From Utricularia gibba (taxonomy: Eukaryota; Plantae; Magnoliophyta), in the NCBI GenBank assembly GCA_002189035.1, contig NEEC01000009.1, positions 1,240,001 to 1,304,000 on the forward strand: a stretch of 64,000 nucleotides of DNA, read 5' to 3'. Positions 37,817 through 51,655 of the stretch are shown here, piece by piece (position 1 is the first letter of the stretch; every line of letters begins with the position of its first letter). Position numbers and translations under genes: made by a program. Under the pieces are notes generated by a model. It saw nothing but the letters and a program-made list of their open reading frames with translations. It was not told the DNA's origin and did no database searches.

Positions 37817-40057
37817 ATGAAGTTCCTTCTGCTGCTGCTGGCACTAGCCTGCGTTGTTGCTCGCCTCCACGCTTCGGAGGATGTGGTAAGACAATTCATA
37901 GTTTTCTGAGCTGTCGCTTCGTTTCTGTAATGTATCAGATTTATGTGAGCTGATTATTTGTTTCAAATTTTGGTGTAGATCATCGTAGACGTTTTTGTAT
38001 TTCATGTATTCTCATTGTGTTAACTCAATTGTGGTTACAGAAGTTCTACGAGTCGTTTGATGAGGATTTCAAGGGAAGGTGGACTGTTTCGGAGAACAGT
38101 GATTATACAGGTGGGGTTTCTCTTTCTTCTCTCTATGTAATGGCGTCTGTTATGTCGAGGGATTTTCGCACGCTTGTCTGATTGCCATTTGGGTATCTAA
38201 TGTATTGGTTTGTAGCTTCTCTTTTTTTGTTGTGTTCTTTGGTTATTTGAAGGAGACTATTTTGTGTGATTAAAGATTACTTGAAGGTTGTGAATTGCTG
38301 TGGACTAGGCAGTAGTTTCTTAAAATGAGTAGAAAATTGTTGTGGTATCAGGTGTTTGGAAGCATGAGAAGAGTAACGGACATGATGATTATGGACTGCT
38401 TGTAAGTCAGAAGGCACGGAAATATGCCATTGTTAAGGAGCTTGATGCACCTGTGGATGTGACAGAGGGCACTGTTGTCCTTCAATATGAGGCTCGGTTC
38501 CAAGAAGGACTTGAGTGTGGTGGTGCATACCTCAAATTTCTCCGTCCTCAGGAAGCTGGATGGACTGCTAAGGAGTTTGATAATGAATCACCTTACACGA
38601 TAATGTTTGGCCCTGATAAATGCGGTGCTACGAACAAGGTGCACTTCATTCTGAAGCATAAAAACCCAAAGACTGGAAATTTTGTTGAACACCACCTTCA
38701 GCTTCCCCCATCTGTTCCATTCGACAAATTGACCCATGTTTACACGGCCATCTTGAAACCAGATAATGAGCTGAGGATTTTAGTAGATGGGGAAGAGAAG
38801 AAGAAGACTAACATTCTCTCTCAGGATGATTTTCAACCTTCGATTATCCCATCTAAGACCATCCCTGATCCAGATGATGTGAAACCAGAGGACTGGGATG
38901 AGAGAGCAAAAATCCCTGATCCAGATGCAACGAAACCAGATGATTGGGATGAGGATGCTCCAATGGAAATTGATGATGAGGATGCTGTGAAGCCTGAAGG
39001 CTGGTTGGATGATGAGCCTGCAGAGATTGATGATCCTGAAGCATCAAAACCAGAGGACTGGGATGATGAAGAGGATGGCGAATGGGAGGCACCTAAGGTT
39101 GATAATCCCAAATGTGAAGAAGCTCCGGGTTGCGGTGAGTGGAAGAGGCCTAAAAAGAGGAATCCTAATTACCATGGAAAATGGCATGCTCCTCTTATTG
39201 ACAACCCCAATTACAAGGGCATTTGGAAGAATAGAGAGATCGATAACCCTGAGTATTTTGAGCTTGACAAGCCAAACTATGAGCCCATTGCTGCTATTGG
39301 AATTGAAATCTGGACGATGCAAGATGGCATACTTTTTGACAATATTTTGATCTCTACCAGTGAGGAAGTTGCAGAATCATACCGCAAATCTAGCTGGAAG
39401 CCAAAGTTTGAGGCCGAGAAGGAGAAACAGAAGGCTGAGGAAGCTTCCAGTTCTGATGATGGCCTTGAGAGTTTCCAGGTAATTGAGGAAGTTTCACATC
39501 TTCCCAGTTCAAGTCCCTTCTTGCTACAACATTGTGACGCCCACCACTTTCCCTGTTATTCGTGACAGAAAATTGTGTTCGACAACCTTTACAAGGTGGC
39601 TGATCTCCACTTTTTGGCTGAGCACAAGAGCAAGCTCTTGGTAAGTCAAATGGCCTTCCTCTTAACTCGTTCCATGCCAGATACTCATACATGAACTACT
39701 ACTCTTTGTGCCGCAGGATTTGATCGAAAAGGCCGAAAAGCAGCCGAACCTCACAATCGGTATCCTTGTCTCCATTGTGGTCATCATCTTGTCTATCTTT
39801 TTCAGGCTGATCTTCGGTGGAAAGAAGCCAGTAAGTGTATATATAGCCCTGATCATTAACTACTCCCGCTTCTTTCTCTAAGTTCTCCGTTCATTCATTA
39901 CTACAAAACTCTTTTTATTCCCCAGGCAAAGAGTGAGGCCAAGAAAAAGGATGTTGCTCAGACTGAAGACAAGCAAGAGGAAACCGATGATAAAGATGAG
40001 CAGAACGGAGACGCTGCCGCCGCTACTCGCCGGAGGAACACGAGACGGGATAACTGA
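37817..40057 (+). CDS. CNX: Calnexin, 6 exons
   Basis: Signal peptide, [19 protein letters not shown]-domain repeats [13 protein letters not shown] and [11 protein letters not shown], a TM segment, and the tail RRRNTRRDN*. Confidence 0.97.
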
Positions 40058-40482
40058 TGCAATTGAAGTCGAAGAACATATAATCCTCCATGGAGAGAGC
40101 ATCACAACGAGGGGAAGTATCTCAAACAATCTTTTCGACCCCTTGAATTTTTCCTGGCAGCTGGCTGATGTCTGCCTCCTGTTGAGTTTCCCTTCTAATT
40201 TCCATGTCGAACACCTCAATTTGGTTTGTGTGACAAATATTCACTTCAATGAAGCTTTTGTTTAATCAAAACTAAAACCACAGACAAGTCGCGTTGGTGT
40301 TCGTTTTCTGGAAGCAAATCAATCTGAAGCAAAACTGTTCAACAAAAATAAGCTGTCTGAAGACAAGGAAAACATCGTCACTGCCCTGCCCTGCCCTGAC
40401 TCTCTCTCTGTCGCGTTCACTGAGATGACAACATTGCAAAAGTACTCGCACAGGCTGAGCCTTAGCAGGGAGCTTCTTCGCT

Positions 40483-43400
40483 TCATCGTTTTCCGGCAGG
40501 TTTCCGGGATGGAGGACCAGAATCCTCCTCATCGGAAGCAATATCGCCGTACTCCCACATACCAAGACGACCAGTTCTAGCTTCCGTTTCAAACTTCTCC
40601 AATTCATCGAAGGCTTGCTGCCGATCCTTCGGCTCCCATCTTCGCCTTTTCTCAAGGCGTGCGAGTCCCTCCTGTGGAACCACCGTACCGGAAATGAGAT
40701 CATGTATTCCGGTGCATAACTAACTTGAGAGGCCAACCAGCTGGAAGGTAAGGTACCTGTAACAGTATTGAGTTGATGCTGACATCTTCTTCAGAGTCGA
40801 TCAAGGTGACAAGAAGCACGGTCCCTGTTCCCTGGCCCTTCACTTTTCCGCCTGATGTGTCCTTGTCTTCAACAACAGCCCTGAACTCTTTAGGAGAGCT
40901 CAAGACAAGTTCACTCAGGCGGAGAGCTGCTTCTTGGCCATAATCATCCTCCAACTCTGGGACCTTGACGAATGCCAAACTGCAAAGCTGAGCAAGACCA
41001 GGGGCAGAGGACACTGAGGAATCCAGAGGGCGCAGATGGGCGTAGGAGACGGTCTCTTGGTTCCCGTAATCAATATAAAACACCTCAAACTTGTCGCTTG
41101 GTGATTGCACGGTGCCACGGGGAGTGTTCACAATCTATCAAGTATAAGTCACATGGTTGAGAAACAACGGTATGATTGTTCCTTTACCAGACTATTGCAT
41201 GGCATCTTACCATAGCACGGTTCCAGGAGTTATCAGCACTGAACTGAGCGAGAACAATGTCTCCCTTCTTTGGAATGAAGGCACCAATCAAAGGTGCTTC
41301 TTGGAGATTCAAAGAAGCTAGCTGCTTGGCTAAAGCAGACATCTTTTGATCAGCTGCGTATTGAATATAAAATTTACCTCCGGCCAAGACTTCAGTAACA
41401 ACAGCCTGAGAGAGAACACGGTTTTGAATTCACAACCCACAAAATTAAAAAAAAAAAAAAAAACTTACAAAAATGGATGTGCGTGAAAGATCCTGAAGAG
41501 ACGTACCTTGAACTCCTCTTTCTGTCTTCTTTCGACAGTTTGGCCAACAGTCGCCTCTTCGCCCTCAACATAATTTTCCCATATCTTTGAAACAAAAATT
41601 TAGAAAAAAAATAGTAGTACCACAGTGCTAGGAACACGTATATTAACATCGAAAACAGTTACCTTTATCTTGTTCTGCTTAGCAGACTGCTCAGCTTGAG
41701 TAAGAAGATGAATTTCAGGTATTCTGTCAAGACCAAAGGAGGTCTGCAGCTTAGCTAATCCAGTTTCCAAAAGGGGTATAGCTACATTGGTTCTGGATTC
41801 CCACATTGTACCCAAGAAGGTTCCAGTTCTATCAACAGTTTCCACTTCGATCTACAGCAACAAGATCATCCTGAGTGAGATAAGGAAGACAGGTAACCGA
41901 AAATTTGAAATTGTGTACGGGATAGCTACCTCAACATCCCTCTGCATGATCTTTCGCCTCATAAAGGCGATAGCTTCATCAGAATAAGGTTCATCACGAC
42001 CCGGACATCTCACCCCGGATAGAGAGAAAGCAATACTGCACGTTGCCTTAGGAACCTCAATTTTAAATCGATGACCACTCAGCACATACTCAACAACAGC
42101 AGACAGCCTCTTTTCACGTTGTAGAAATGGCAGGAAGTCTCTGGCTTTCTTTGAAGAAGCCTAGTAGACGTTTAAAAACATCCCATTAACTTTATAAATT
42201 TCAGGAAATTGAATCCTTGAGAACAACAGTATCAACTAACTAACCGTTAGCAGTACAACTAACTTAAAAAAAAAACTGTGCAACTGTAACAAGTTATCTT
42301 TTATGCAGTACAACTAACCGTTAGCAGGTCTGTTACATGCCTATTGGGCGGATCCTTGGCAGAATGTACACCCTTCTTCCCAGAAATGGCACGTGATTCC
42401 GCAGAAAGCAAGGCATCGTAATGGTTTGATCTTTCCTCAAAATCCCGGTGCCTAACTACAGAGGCAAAACCACGAGCAACTAACAGTTCGGCAACATTAA
42501 CACCAGCCTGCTGGCTTCCAGTGCCAGATGTAGCATCTTCACCACCTTTAGGTGGGTTAATGAGGAAGACAGATCCGAAGTCCATTGTCCTTGTATCTGC
42601 AGATGCAGAAACAGGAGCAGCTCCATCTGCTACACCAACCCTCCTGGAATACTCCATCGAAACATTCACCTAAAAGCAGTTTTTGATACTTCAATGCAAC
42701 AGAAGATTAAAAAAAAGACACCCAAATTCCCAAGCGTACAATCACTGCAGTATCCTTCATAGTCTTTATATTCAAACCCGGAAAGTCTGGAAATCACTAT
42801 TTTATCATTATTATCTTAAACCTCATTGTTGTAGAACCTAGTCGATTTGCTCCCATCATGCCCAGCAGTCATGGACAAGCAATAAAAAAAGAGAGAGTTG
42901 ACAATAATAGAATCCCCAACCTGACGACCGATTAGGCGTGTCCTAAGGAAATCCTTTGCTTCTCGGGCATAAGGATCAGGCTTCTGATCTCGTCGAGGAT
43001 TGCCCATCTTAGGAGCCCTTATACTTGAAAGATTCACACGCCGCTCAGCAGATGGGTCACCGAATGCTAAGGAATCATCAGCAACAACAATACAATCTCC
43101 ACTTACAACTTCAACAACCTGCATTGGCGAAAAGGATCTTCACAATGGAAAAAGCAAAGGCATTGACAACAACTGGACCAAGACGACAACCGTACTTTTC
43201 CTGTGAAATTCTGATCATGAATGGCCTTGGAGTTTGAGACAGGGGGGACATAATTGGTCCAGATTCTCAATCGGTTCTTTTTTGCTATAAGCTCAGCATT
43301 TTTCAATTTCCTCTTGGTTTCATCTTCCAAAGACCCTGATCTCCATTCCACATACTTACCTAGTCCCTGGGAAATCACGATATTCACTTAGACTGGCTCT

Positions 43401-45401
43401 TGTATGAGCGCAACAATAAAATAAAAAGAAATACCAACAAGACAACAACAAACCAAGAGGTTCGAAAATGCAAAACAAGGAATAATATAATGAAATATGT
43501 GAAATTCACCACAACGAACTCTTTATAGTTAGTTATTACAACGATGGCAGAATTGAGTTTCCCCATTCAAAGAGATAGGGATATTACATCACTGAAAATA
43601 GAGACAGGCTCTTCTTTCAAAAATAATTCTCTCAACTGGTGGAAGCGTATTTTATATTTTGTTCAGATTATCGAAATAGTGCAAATGAAGTCACTTACAT
43701 TTTCAATAAGCTCTAATGCCAAGTCCTTTAGTGAGTCACCTTCGGGATAATATACTGACCCTGTCAAATTGTTGAATTTATCAACTCCCTCAAGAACAAT
43801 ACGGACCTGTAAACAAAAAAATGTTCAAGACAAAGACATTATTTTATTTTTAAAATAGTAAACAAAAAAAACTAATCAGAGACACTAACATCTCTGTGCA
43901 ACACACGAGTCTCGGTAAAATGCTTTGCTTCTTTCCCGAATGGATCTACAGGAACTTCAGTCACAGATGTCACGGATGCAGCAATTCTTTGTGCAGATGT
44001 CAAAGGAGCCGGATCAACTAATGGATCACTATTCTGAGCATTTGAGGTTATTGCTGTTCCATTAACAGCCTCTACAGCAGCCCTTCTGCCTGGGGATGGT
44101 GACTGGTGTGAACCAAAATGAATGGGATAATGTTAGCAAATCCTATCACGTCCAAAAAATACCATCCCTATTTAATTTTTTTTTTTTAAAAAAAAGGAAA
44201 AGGGCATTCAGAGAGTTTCACGTACCTGAACTCCAGCGACAAGTACTTGAATGTACTGAAATTCTGGAAGCAAAAAAACACGGATTGTGCTTCCATCACG
44301 AACTTGGTCCACCACAGCCTCCAAGGCACTGCCTCTTTTAGAGTTGGCGAATGCAACAGCATCAAAATTGCTAGCATCACCAATAGCAGAAGGAGGCAGG
44401 TCTCTGATGGAAGCCTCAGACGCACCAGGTGCCTGAAGTAGCAAGCGGAGATTAAAATTAATTATAAGAACAAACAGGCAATCAGAAGAAGTTTAAAAGT
44501 GGAAGAACCAACTATTAATTTTGTCAAGGAGCAAAAACTTCCCAGAGTACTGCAGCATACCCTGTATAAAAAGCAGAATAATGAATCTTATAATTACCCC
44601 ATTCCAGCGGCCCACACCTTGCTGCCTAGCCTGTTCTTCAAGGCGAAGCAACTCACCAATAAAAGGACTCGCTTCCCCTTTCTGTTGACCTTGCTCTTTA
44701 ACCTACTTAAGGTGCAGGAGAGAGAGAGTGTTAGATGATACAAAGATGAAGAAGCCAGGACTTCAACTCGTGATAAGAAATCTAACTAGTGATAAGACCT
44801 TAGCCCAGCCTGCAGCAACCACAAGGAAAGCTACATTCTTGTCCCCGAGGAAGACAGACCCAAATTCCCGGTTAATGGATGGTACTGTGTAGTCTATGCT
44901 AAAGGTAACCTCCTGAAACATAACAGGCCACCAAATTCAGTAAAAGCATTCCAGTGAACAATGAAAGTAAAAGATGCTCGTGTTTTATATAGGAGTAGCC
45001 GATGTCAAATCTACACCCACCTTTCCAATGCAGAGCTTCCTGAGAAACTCTCTGCTATTCCATGCAAACGGTTCATCCACACCACCTCGGCGTGCCTTAA
45101 AAATGGTAGGGAAAAGATGCAAGTACAGAAAAGGTCAGGACCGAACACAGGTATATTGTGCTAAAGTACTGCATAGAATACATGCAAACCACCGCATCCA
45201 TGATACATATGCATATGGTTTATACTAAAAAGGTTTTGGTTAGAGGCTTACCAACTTTGGAGCCATTAGGGATGACAGAGTGACAGTCTTCTCTGGCGGG
45301 ATTTCAGATTTTGTGTTTCCCATTATCACCAGGCTGTCTCCCGATGGAACAGCTTTGACAATCCCCCTCAGCCATCTAGTAGCTCCAGCTGTTGATGCCA
45401 T
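40483..45401 (-). CDS. TSN: Tudor staphylococcal nuclease (ribonuclease TUDOR)
   Basis: WLRGIVKAVPSGDSL, repeated SN domains (VVEVVSGDCIVV, LSSIRAPKMGNPRR, DFGSVFL), Tudor domain (VLAQFSADNSWNRAM, VFYIDYGNQE) and the tail GMWEYGDIASDEED. Confidence 0.96.
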
Positions 45402-46720
45402 TTCAGCAACACCTAACTGCAGAGATTTCATCGTTGAGAATTAGCATTACGAATGGCCAAGCTGCACATCAGTAACCTCACAGCATACCCAGAATAAGCC
45501 CCAGAATAACCATAAATTTAACACATCATTCAGCATATCAAAGTAATATCTAATATCGCTTCATGTCAGCATCATTCCTTGTAATGATTTCACATTGCCC
45601 TTGAACTCCGAAGTGAAAAAAGGGAAGTAAGAAACAAAAAAAAATCCACTTGGAATAACGATGTGTCTTTCTAAAGTGCTTGGAAAAATTAAAAACTAAA
45701 ATTGTAAAACGCATAACAAGCAAATATAGTCCTTCGATCCTTGATCCGCAGGAAACGCCCAATACGAACAGAGGTAACGTCATCTTACGCATTACAAAAC
45801 AAAGACCCCTTGATGAAATTTTTCCCAAAATCGAAACTTTTTTGTGATTTTCTCTGCTACAATAATAAAATGCTTGCATATGACAATGAAGATCATCATA
45901 AGTGGATCAGAAATCTAGCAATAGCAATCAGCCGCAATCCAGACAAACAAAACGAACAATGATTATCAGAGATCTGGCAAATTACCGAGAAAACCAGTGA
46001 CCAATCAATTAATTAAATTTTGATCTTGAGAGTAGAAAAACAGAAGACAAAAACGACGCGATCAAACTCAAAATGCTGCGGTGGAATCCAAATTGGGATC
46101 GATTCCGACTCTCAGCAGTAGCACGCCGAGGCTCACCTCAAAATTAACGGCGGATCAGAACACAGTTCTGAAGATGCGATTTATATCCACCCCGTTTTCC
46201 CAAAATTACAGGCACTGCCATCGACACTGTGATTTAGATCCGTCGCCGCAGACGCATAGGGTTTGGGGTATTGACGTGGAGGTCTGCCATGTGTACCCAC
46301 CGTCCAATGGAACCATGCCACGTTTGCTTAGACATGTTTTTTTTTGTTTCTTCGTATTTCGGGCAAGGTAAAGTGGAGTACTTCAACGCATCCCTTTTCA
46401 CACCTGTTTCAGTGCACACTCTGGGAATCTAAAACTTCCCCAGAAACCCTAAAGTTGTTCTAAACTCCACACACAAGGTTCCTCTTACACCTTGAGAGAT
46501 GAATATGTGTACAATTGACTTGTCAAATTGTATATAAATTATCATACAACATTGCAACTGGGGGAGAGTTTCTGTTTATGACAGCAGTGATCCCCATCCC
46601 TGCCTGCCTTATCACCCCCTGATTTGCGTAAACGGAGAATCAAAACGGATCCAAGGCATTGTTTTTGTCAAGCGGAGAGGCACCCAGATGACTGGCAACC
46701 ATATATAAAAGCTAGCTCCT

Positions 46721-47913
46721 TCAAAAACTGTGCGTACAAATTTTCTCCAGCAAGAAAGGCCAGTCTTCGCCAAGGATTTGTGGATTCAGTTCCATGGCTA
46801 GTCGAAAGTCCGTGAGAGAGATTTGGGGTGTCTCTGTTTCTCCAATGCGTTGCGACCGATCAGAGTCGTTCGTTTGGTTGAGTATACAGTTCTGGATTGT
46901 CCCGTGTCCTGATCTTGATCTTACTAGCTGGGAGCAGGAGTGTAATAAACCTTTCAGGTACGAATCTAGACTATGGTTCACCAGGTTGGCAGAATCTAGC
47001 AATACCCCCTCAAGGCCATTAGCAACGGCAATCCGCTCCATTCTATCCTTTAATTTCTGGCTATCCCATAAGATACCGTCACTGAGTTCGAGTTTACGAA
47101 TGCATCTACTACTACTGCTACTTGCAAAAGGGAGAGCACTTTGTGCTCTACTGATTCTAAAAGGAAAAAGCTGAACCCCGAGAGGGTTTCTAGCAGAACC
47201 TTCTTTAGTAACTAAAAGAGCTGACTGATCTCTGCTACATGAGGGTCCTGAGGATTCGAATAATCTGGCATCTGGCATTCCACTAGCCTGAGAAGTAGGG
47301 GTTTCAATTTCTTTGTCTGATTGACGCAGGATCCTAACATCCTCAGGTGGATCCAAATCTCCATTCTTCGATTTGGGATAGAAGTAGATGGCTGGATGGC
47401 AGCAGATGTCTCAGTGACGAAACTGGTCTTCCCATTGGACCCCAGAGCACTCCTGCTGCCTCCATGCCTCCGATCACGGCTCCCTGTTCTAGCTTTTCGA
47501 GGTGATGGCGGAAGGATGCCGATACCATTTGACATCCCTGGTGAACAAGAAGCCTGAGTTGCAGCATTATGGGACACTCTTCTCTCCTGGTAAGCATCAC
47601 AAGAAAGCTGTTTGACAGTCACGCCATTTCCATGACTTAAAATCTCATCTTTTTGAATGGAAGAAGAGGGTGGTCCTTTTGCGCAGACACCATTCTTCAG
47701 TATTGAACGAATGAGCTGATTGTGAAGTGCAACATTCTCACGTCCAAGAATTCTAAGACAAACTTTATTGAACTCTATCTTGCTCATTTTTGAGTTCAAG
47801 AACTTGGCCAAGTAAAAGAAGTAATCCTTTGATCCATCAGGCCCCAGTTTCTTCACTAACTGAACCTTCAATTCCACCAGATTGATCCGTGAATGGGCCC
47901 CTGGTGTCTGCAT
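46721..47913 (-). CDS. SAGA complex Tad1/ADA1-like transcriptional adaptor, with one apparent frameshift at about 47350-47412
   Basis: N-terminal RINLVELK.QLVKKLG...LGRENVALHNQLIRSILKN and C-terminal LKDRMERIAVANGLEGV..DSANLVN..LDSYLK.LL...ISLTDFRLAMELNPQILGEDWPFLLEKIC lie in two overlapping frames. Confidence 0.85.
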
Positions 47914-49606
47914 TGTTGAAACCTCTTCTTTTCACTCTATGTAATCCATAGAACTGAACCGCAATACTATATCAGTGACCAACAAATTAGGGTTCTTTCA
48001 GCATGAATGCGGAGCAACAGTTCTACGAAGGCGTCTAAATTCACCTCCATCCACAAACTTAAACTCGGGAACGCAACCCCATTGCCGGAATCTCACTACA
48101 GAATCAGAAGATACTATGTGGAGAAAGCCCATACCACAAGATCCCAAATTTTCAGTATAACTGATTCTCCCTCCAAAATTTTGAAACTCAGAAAATCCTG
48201 AAACTTTTGAATCGAATATCAAAACCCCAGAATCGCAGAACAAAGATGCCTTTAGTCAACAAAAACCCAAAAAAGGACAGTTTGCCAAGCAATTTCAACG
48301 CAAAATATATCACAATTTCACGAGTATACCAACAATCTCAGCTGCGAGCCCATGGACTGGTCAGTAAAGGTTGAATTGCGATGAACTTCAAAAATGCTGT
48401 TTATTCTCGGAATTCAAACTTGGAGAAAAACAAATCACCGAAGCACAAACATGCCAACACTCCCAAGTAAACAAGCAAACTGACCTCTTGCAGCTCGACA
48501 AATCGAAATTAAGCAAAAAAAAAACAAAAATTAATAAAAGGCAACACTTATGGCATCCATTTCCACTTCCTCTTCTTTTTTTCTTTCTAGATCACTGCTC
48601 AGACGCCCACAGAGCTTCTTTCACCACGAATCATTTCAACATAAAAATCCCACTCGCATTCTCAACCGCACTTCGCTACTTCGTCCGACCCTCGAAGGGG
48701 AAACTCATTGAATCATAAAAAATCAAGACCTTTCCCGCAAATTTTCACCACGTCTTCCCTTCGAACGCTCTCTCCCCCCTTCTCTGTCGCGTTTAAACTC
48801 ACAGCAATCGCTCATAAAAATGATGTACACTACGCTTCGCAAATTGTACCCTGGCTTGGTATGTTCAAAAACAGTTGGGCGCTATCAATTCTGCCATCGA
48901 AAGGCTTTCTTCCTGTCCACGCTCCATGGGCTTACGTGGAGTCCACAGCCCATATCATTGGTCATCTACCGCGACGTGGTTACTGGAAGACTGGACGTGG
49001 CCCAACGCGTCAACATGCCAGTAGGCATTAACTCCTTTTGAAGCCCACTTAAATGTCTTAAGCTACTAATTCTAGTTGGAAGTGTGTTCCCAAGTTTAAT
49101 GAGATTGTGTAATGACAATTGGGTTACCCCTAGCTCATCATTCTGTCATCAACTTACTATCAAAAACCACCTTACGATTTCCAAATGGGGAGGACCAATT
49201 CCAAATCAAAAGTTTCAAGATCGAATCAATTACGATTTCATGAAACTATAAGATATATTGTAACTTGAAGAATTTGATAAGAGTAATGTAAATAAAACGA
49301 TAATTTATTATTGATCACAATACATGTTTATATATATAATATTTTTAGACGGTCCTTATAGAAGGCACTTCATTTCGAAGGCTGAAATGAAGTGGAATGA
49401 ATGAATGTGCAGAGAAATTTGTATTTGATAACTTAGATATAGAGTTTAATATGCGTTGTTGGGTGGTGATCCTCAAGTTGAATAATGAATAGTACAGTTG
49501 TTACAACAATCATATAGTATGATAAACTGAGAGAGCTGAGGATTTATTTCTTGCTCCATGCCCCTATATCGAACGTAACTAGCGATGTGGGTTGGGTGAG
49601 TCATCA

Positions 49607-51655
49607 TCACGCATCCAGCTCGCAAGGAAAAATTGCCGATGCGAAGGAGTCGTAGTTCCCGAAGATGATGTCATGTTCGTCGGCAAAGGTGCTCGAGTCC
49701 TGGAAGTCGAACGACGTCTGTATGTCGTCGGGGAAGCATCGCCGGGGAGGCTTCGGCTCCGACTGGCTGCACACAGCGGCGGTCTGCTCTACCAGCATTT
49801 CCCGGAACTTGGAGGACTGCAGGAACAGCGCCAGCGTGGAGGGGACAATCTCTGCCTCCTCCGTGGCCCCGGAGTTCTGGGCCGGCGCTTCCTGGCCCAC
49901 GGCACCCGACTGATCGGAGCTCCTTCGGAATGACTTGATCCACTTCACATAGTGACTGAGATCGAAGTTGGTCACGGCGTTGAGTCCCCGGTACTCGATG
50001 GCGGCAACGTCATAAGCAATGGCGGCTTCCTCCTGCGTGGCTTCACCAATCACACCATCCCACAAGTTAAACCAGATCAGAAACAGCCCCAGATCCGCAA
50101 CACCAGTAAACTAACAACACAGGCATTCTAATCCCATCACAAGCAAATTTGAAGTGATATAAAAGCACCCACTTCGGACTAGTTGGAGGGTAGCTGGAAT
50201 TTATGACAAGGAGTTTTGGAAGGTACCCACCCATATTTGAAACCAGCAAACCGACCTAACAGTTGAGAACTCGCCTAACAGACCTAGTCCAGTTCCTGTT
50301 CGCATCACCAGCTCTTTATTCCCATTTAATTTCTCTTTTGACCCGTTTCTTTTCACCCTAAAACCCTCGTCGTGATTGGAGAACGATGACAAAAACCAGA
50401 CGTTCACTCACCATAGGTTCCAAGGTACAGATACTTATTCCCAGAACTCTTCCGATGCGGGCTTCCCATCTTCCATTATGGTGGTGCCTACGTGCAAATA
50501 GACGTAAATAATTACATTTTTTTTATAAATAATAAAAATGAAATAATTTTTATTATTAAAGGGGGCGGCTTGTAAAGATTGTGAAATTTCATTTTGACCC
50601 CTGCCTGGGCTTGAAAAAAAATTAAAAAAAAAGGTTCTTTGTACGTTCCCAAGTGGGCGAGTACAGACAACTTTACATGGTCCCAATCAATCACCGCCGT
50701 TAATCTTAGCTGGTGGGCTCTCTTTTTCCTCACACCATAAATGAATATTCAGTATTATTTTATTACAGGGTGAATAGTGAATTAAAAAAAAAACTTACCG
50801 TGCTACGCCTCTGTATTTGGAAACTCCCCGAGAAAAGCCGCTGCTTTTTCTACGAATTGACGGGGTAAATTATTAAATGCGTGCGGTAATAATTAGGAGA
50901 GGTAATTATAAATTACCTTCTTAAGGAACCAATGTACTCTTCTCTTGACTGGGCCTCCATTTCCTTGAGCTCGCTCTCGTAACTGGAAACCTAAAATAAT
51001 GATGATGATGATGATGATGTAGACCGGATTTGTGGGTTTCCGGTGAGGGTAAAAAAGAGTATTCTTTTTTTTTACGGCGGTGAAAATTTACTGGGAAATT
51101 TAGGGTTGTATCGTGTCCCAGTACTTGAGTGCTGCCAAGTCATACGCATGTGCGGCTGCTTTTTCATCATCGTAGGCCCCTAAAGCAACTATGTCGATTA
51201 AATTATGGATTTGTATAGAATAAACGGATAAGATCGTAGAAATTGGAACTGATTGTTACCTAAATACACTGCACTCCGATGGATCACGGCGGCCGGAAAG
51301 GAATCAGGATTAGTGTGGAGTGGAAGGGAAAATCAGAAATGGTAAAGGAGACGAAAGACCGACCTTGTCGGCCCTTCTTGTTCTGCGATTCATTCCAGCA
51401 ATCCTTATCCCATAAATGCGCCTCATACCGGCCGGTCCACCGGTGTCTGAATCGGAGGGGCGGAATCGGAATCAGACCGCAATCACTCATTCATTCATTC
51501 ATTCATCCCAATGAAATCCAATTTTACCTGGTGACGCCGCGGTACACGGAGCTCCGCTGTTGAGGAGACTCCCTGGGTATGCTCTTCCTGCTCCGCTTGC
51601 TCCTCAGAATTGGCTCCTCCGGTGGGGTGGCGACAGCGGTGGCGCGCTTGGCCAT
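49607..51655 (-). CDS. Double-AP2 transcription factor, WRINKLED3/4 (ADAP)-like, 8 exons including a 9-nt VYL microexon, with two apparent -1 frameshifts
   Basis: [21 protein letters not shown]|[27 protein letters not shown]|VYL|[21 protein letters not shown]...|[17 protein letters not shown]|[14 protein letters not shown]...|[31 protein letters not shown]. Confidence 0.93.
51001..51018. repeat. (GAT)6 microsatellite just upstream of an AP2-gene splice acceptor
   Basis: Read directly in the sequence. Confidence 0.85.
51260..51268 (-). other. 9-nt microexon encoding VYL of the first AP2 domain
   Basis: tgcag|TGTATTTAG|gtaac joins CAA G to give GTG TAT TTA G. This microexon is known in WRI1/euANT-type AP2 genes. 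Confidence 0.92.

Noticed and set aside
38860-39300. Tandem repeats in calnexin
   Set aside because: These are the normal P-domain motif 1 and motif 2 repeats.
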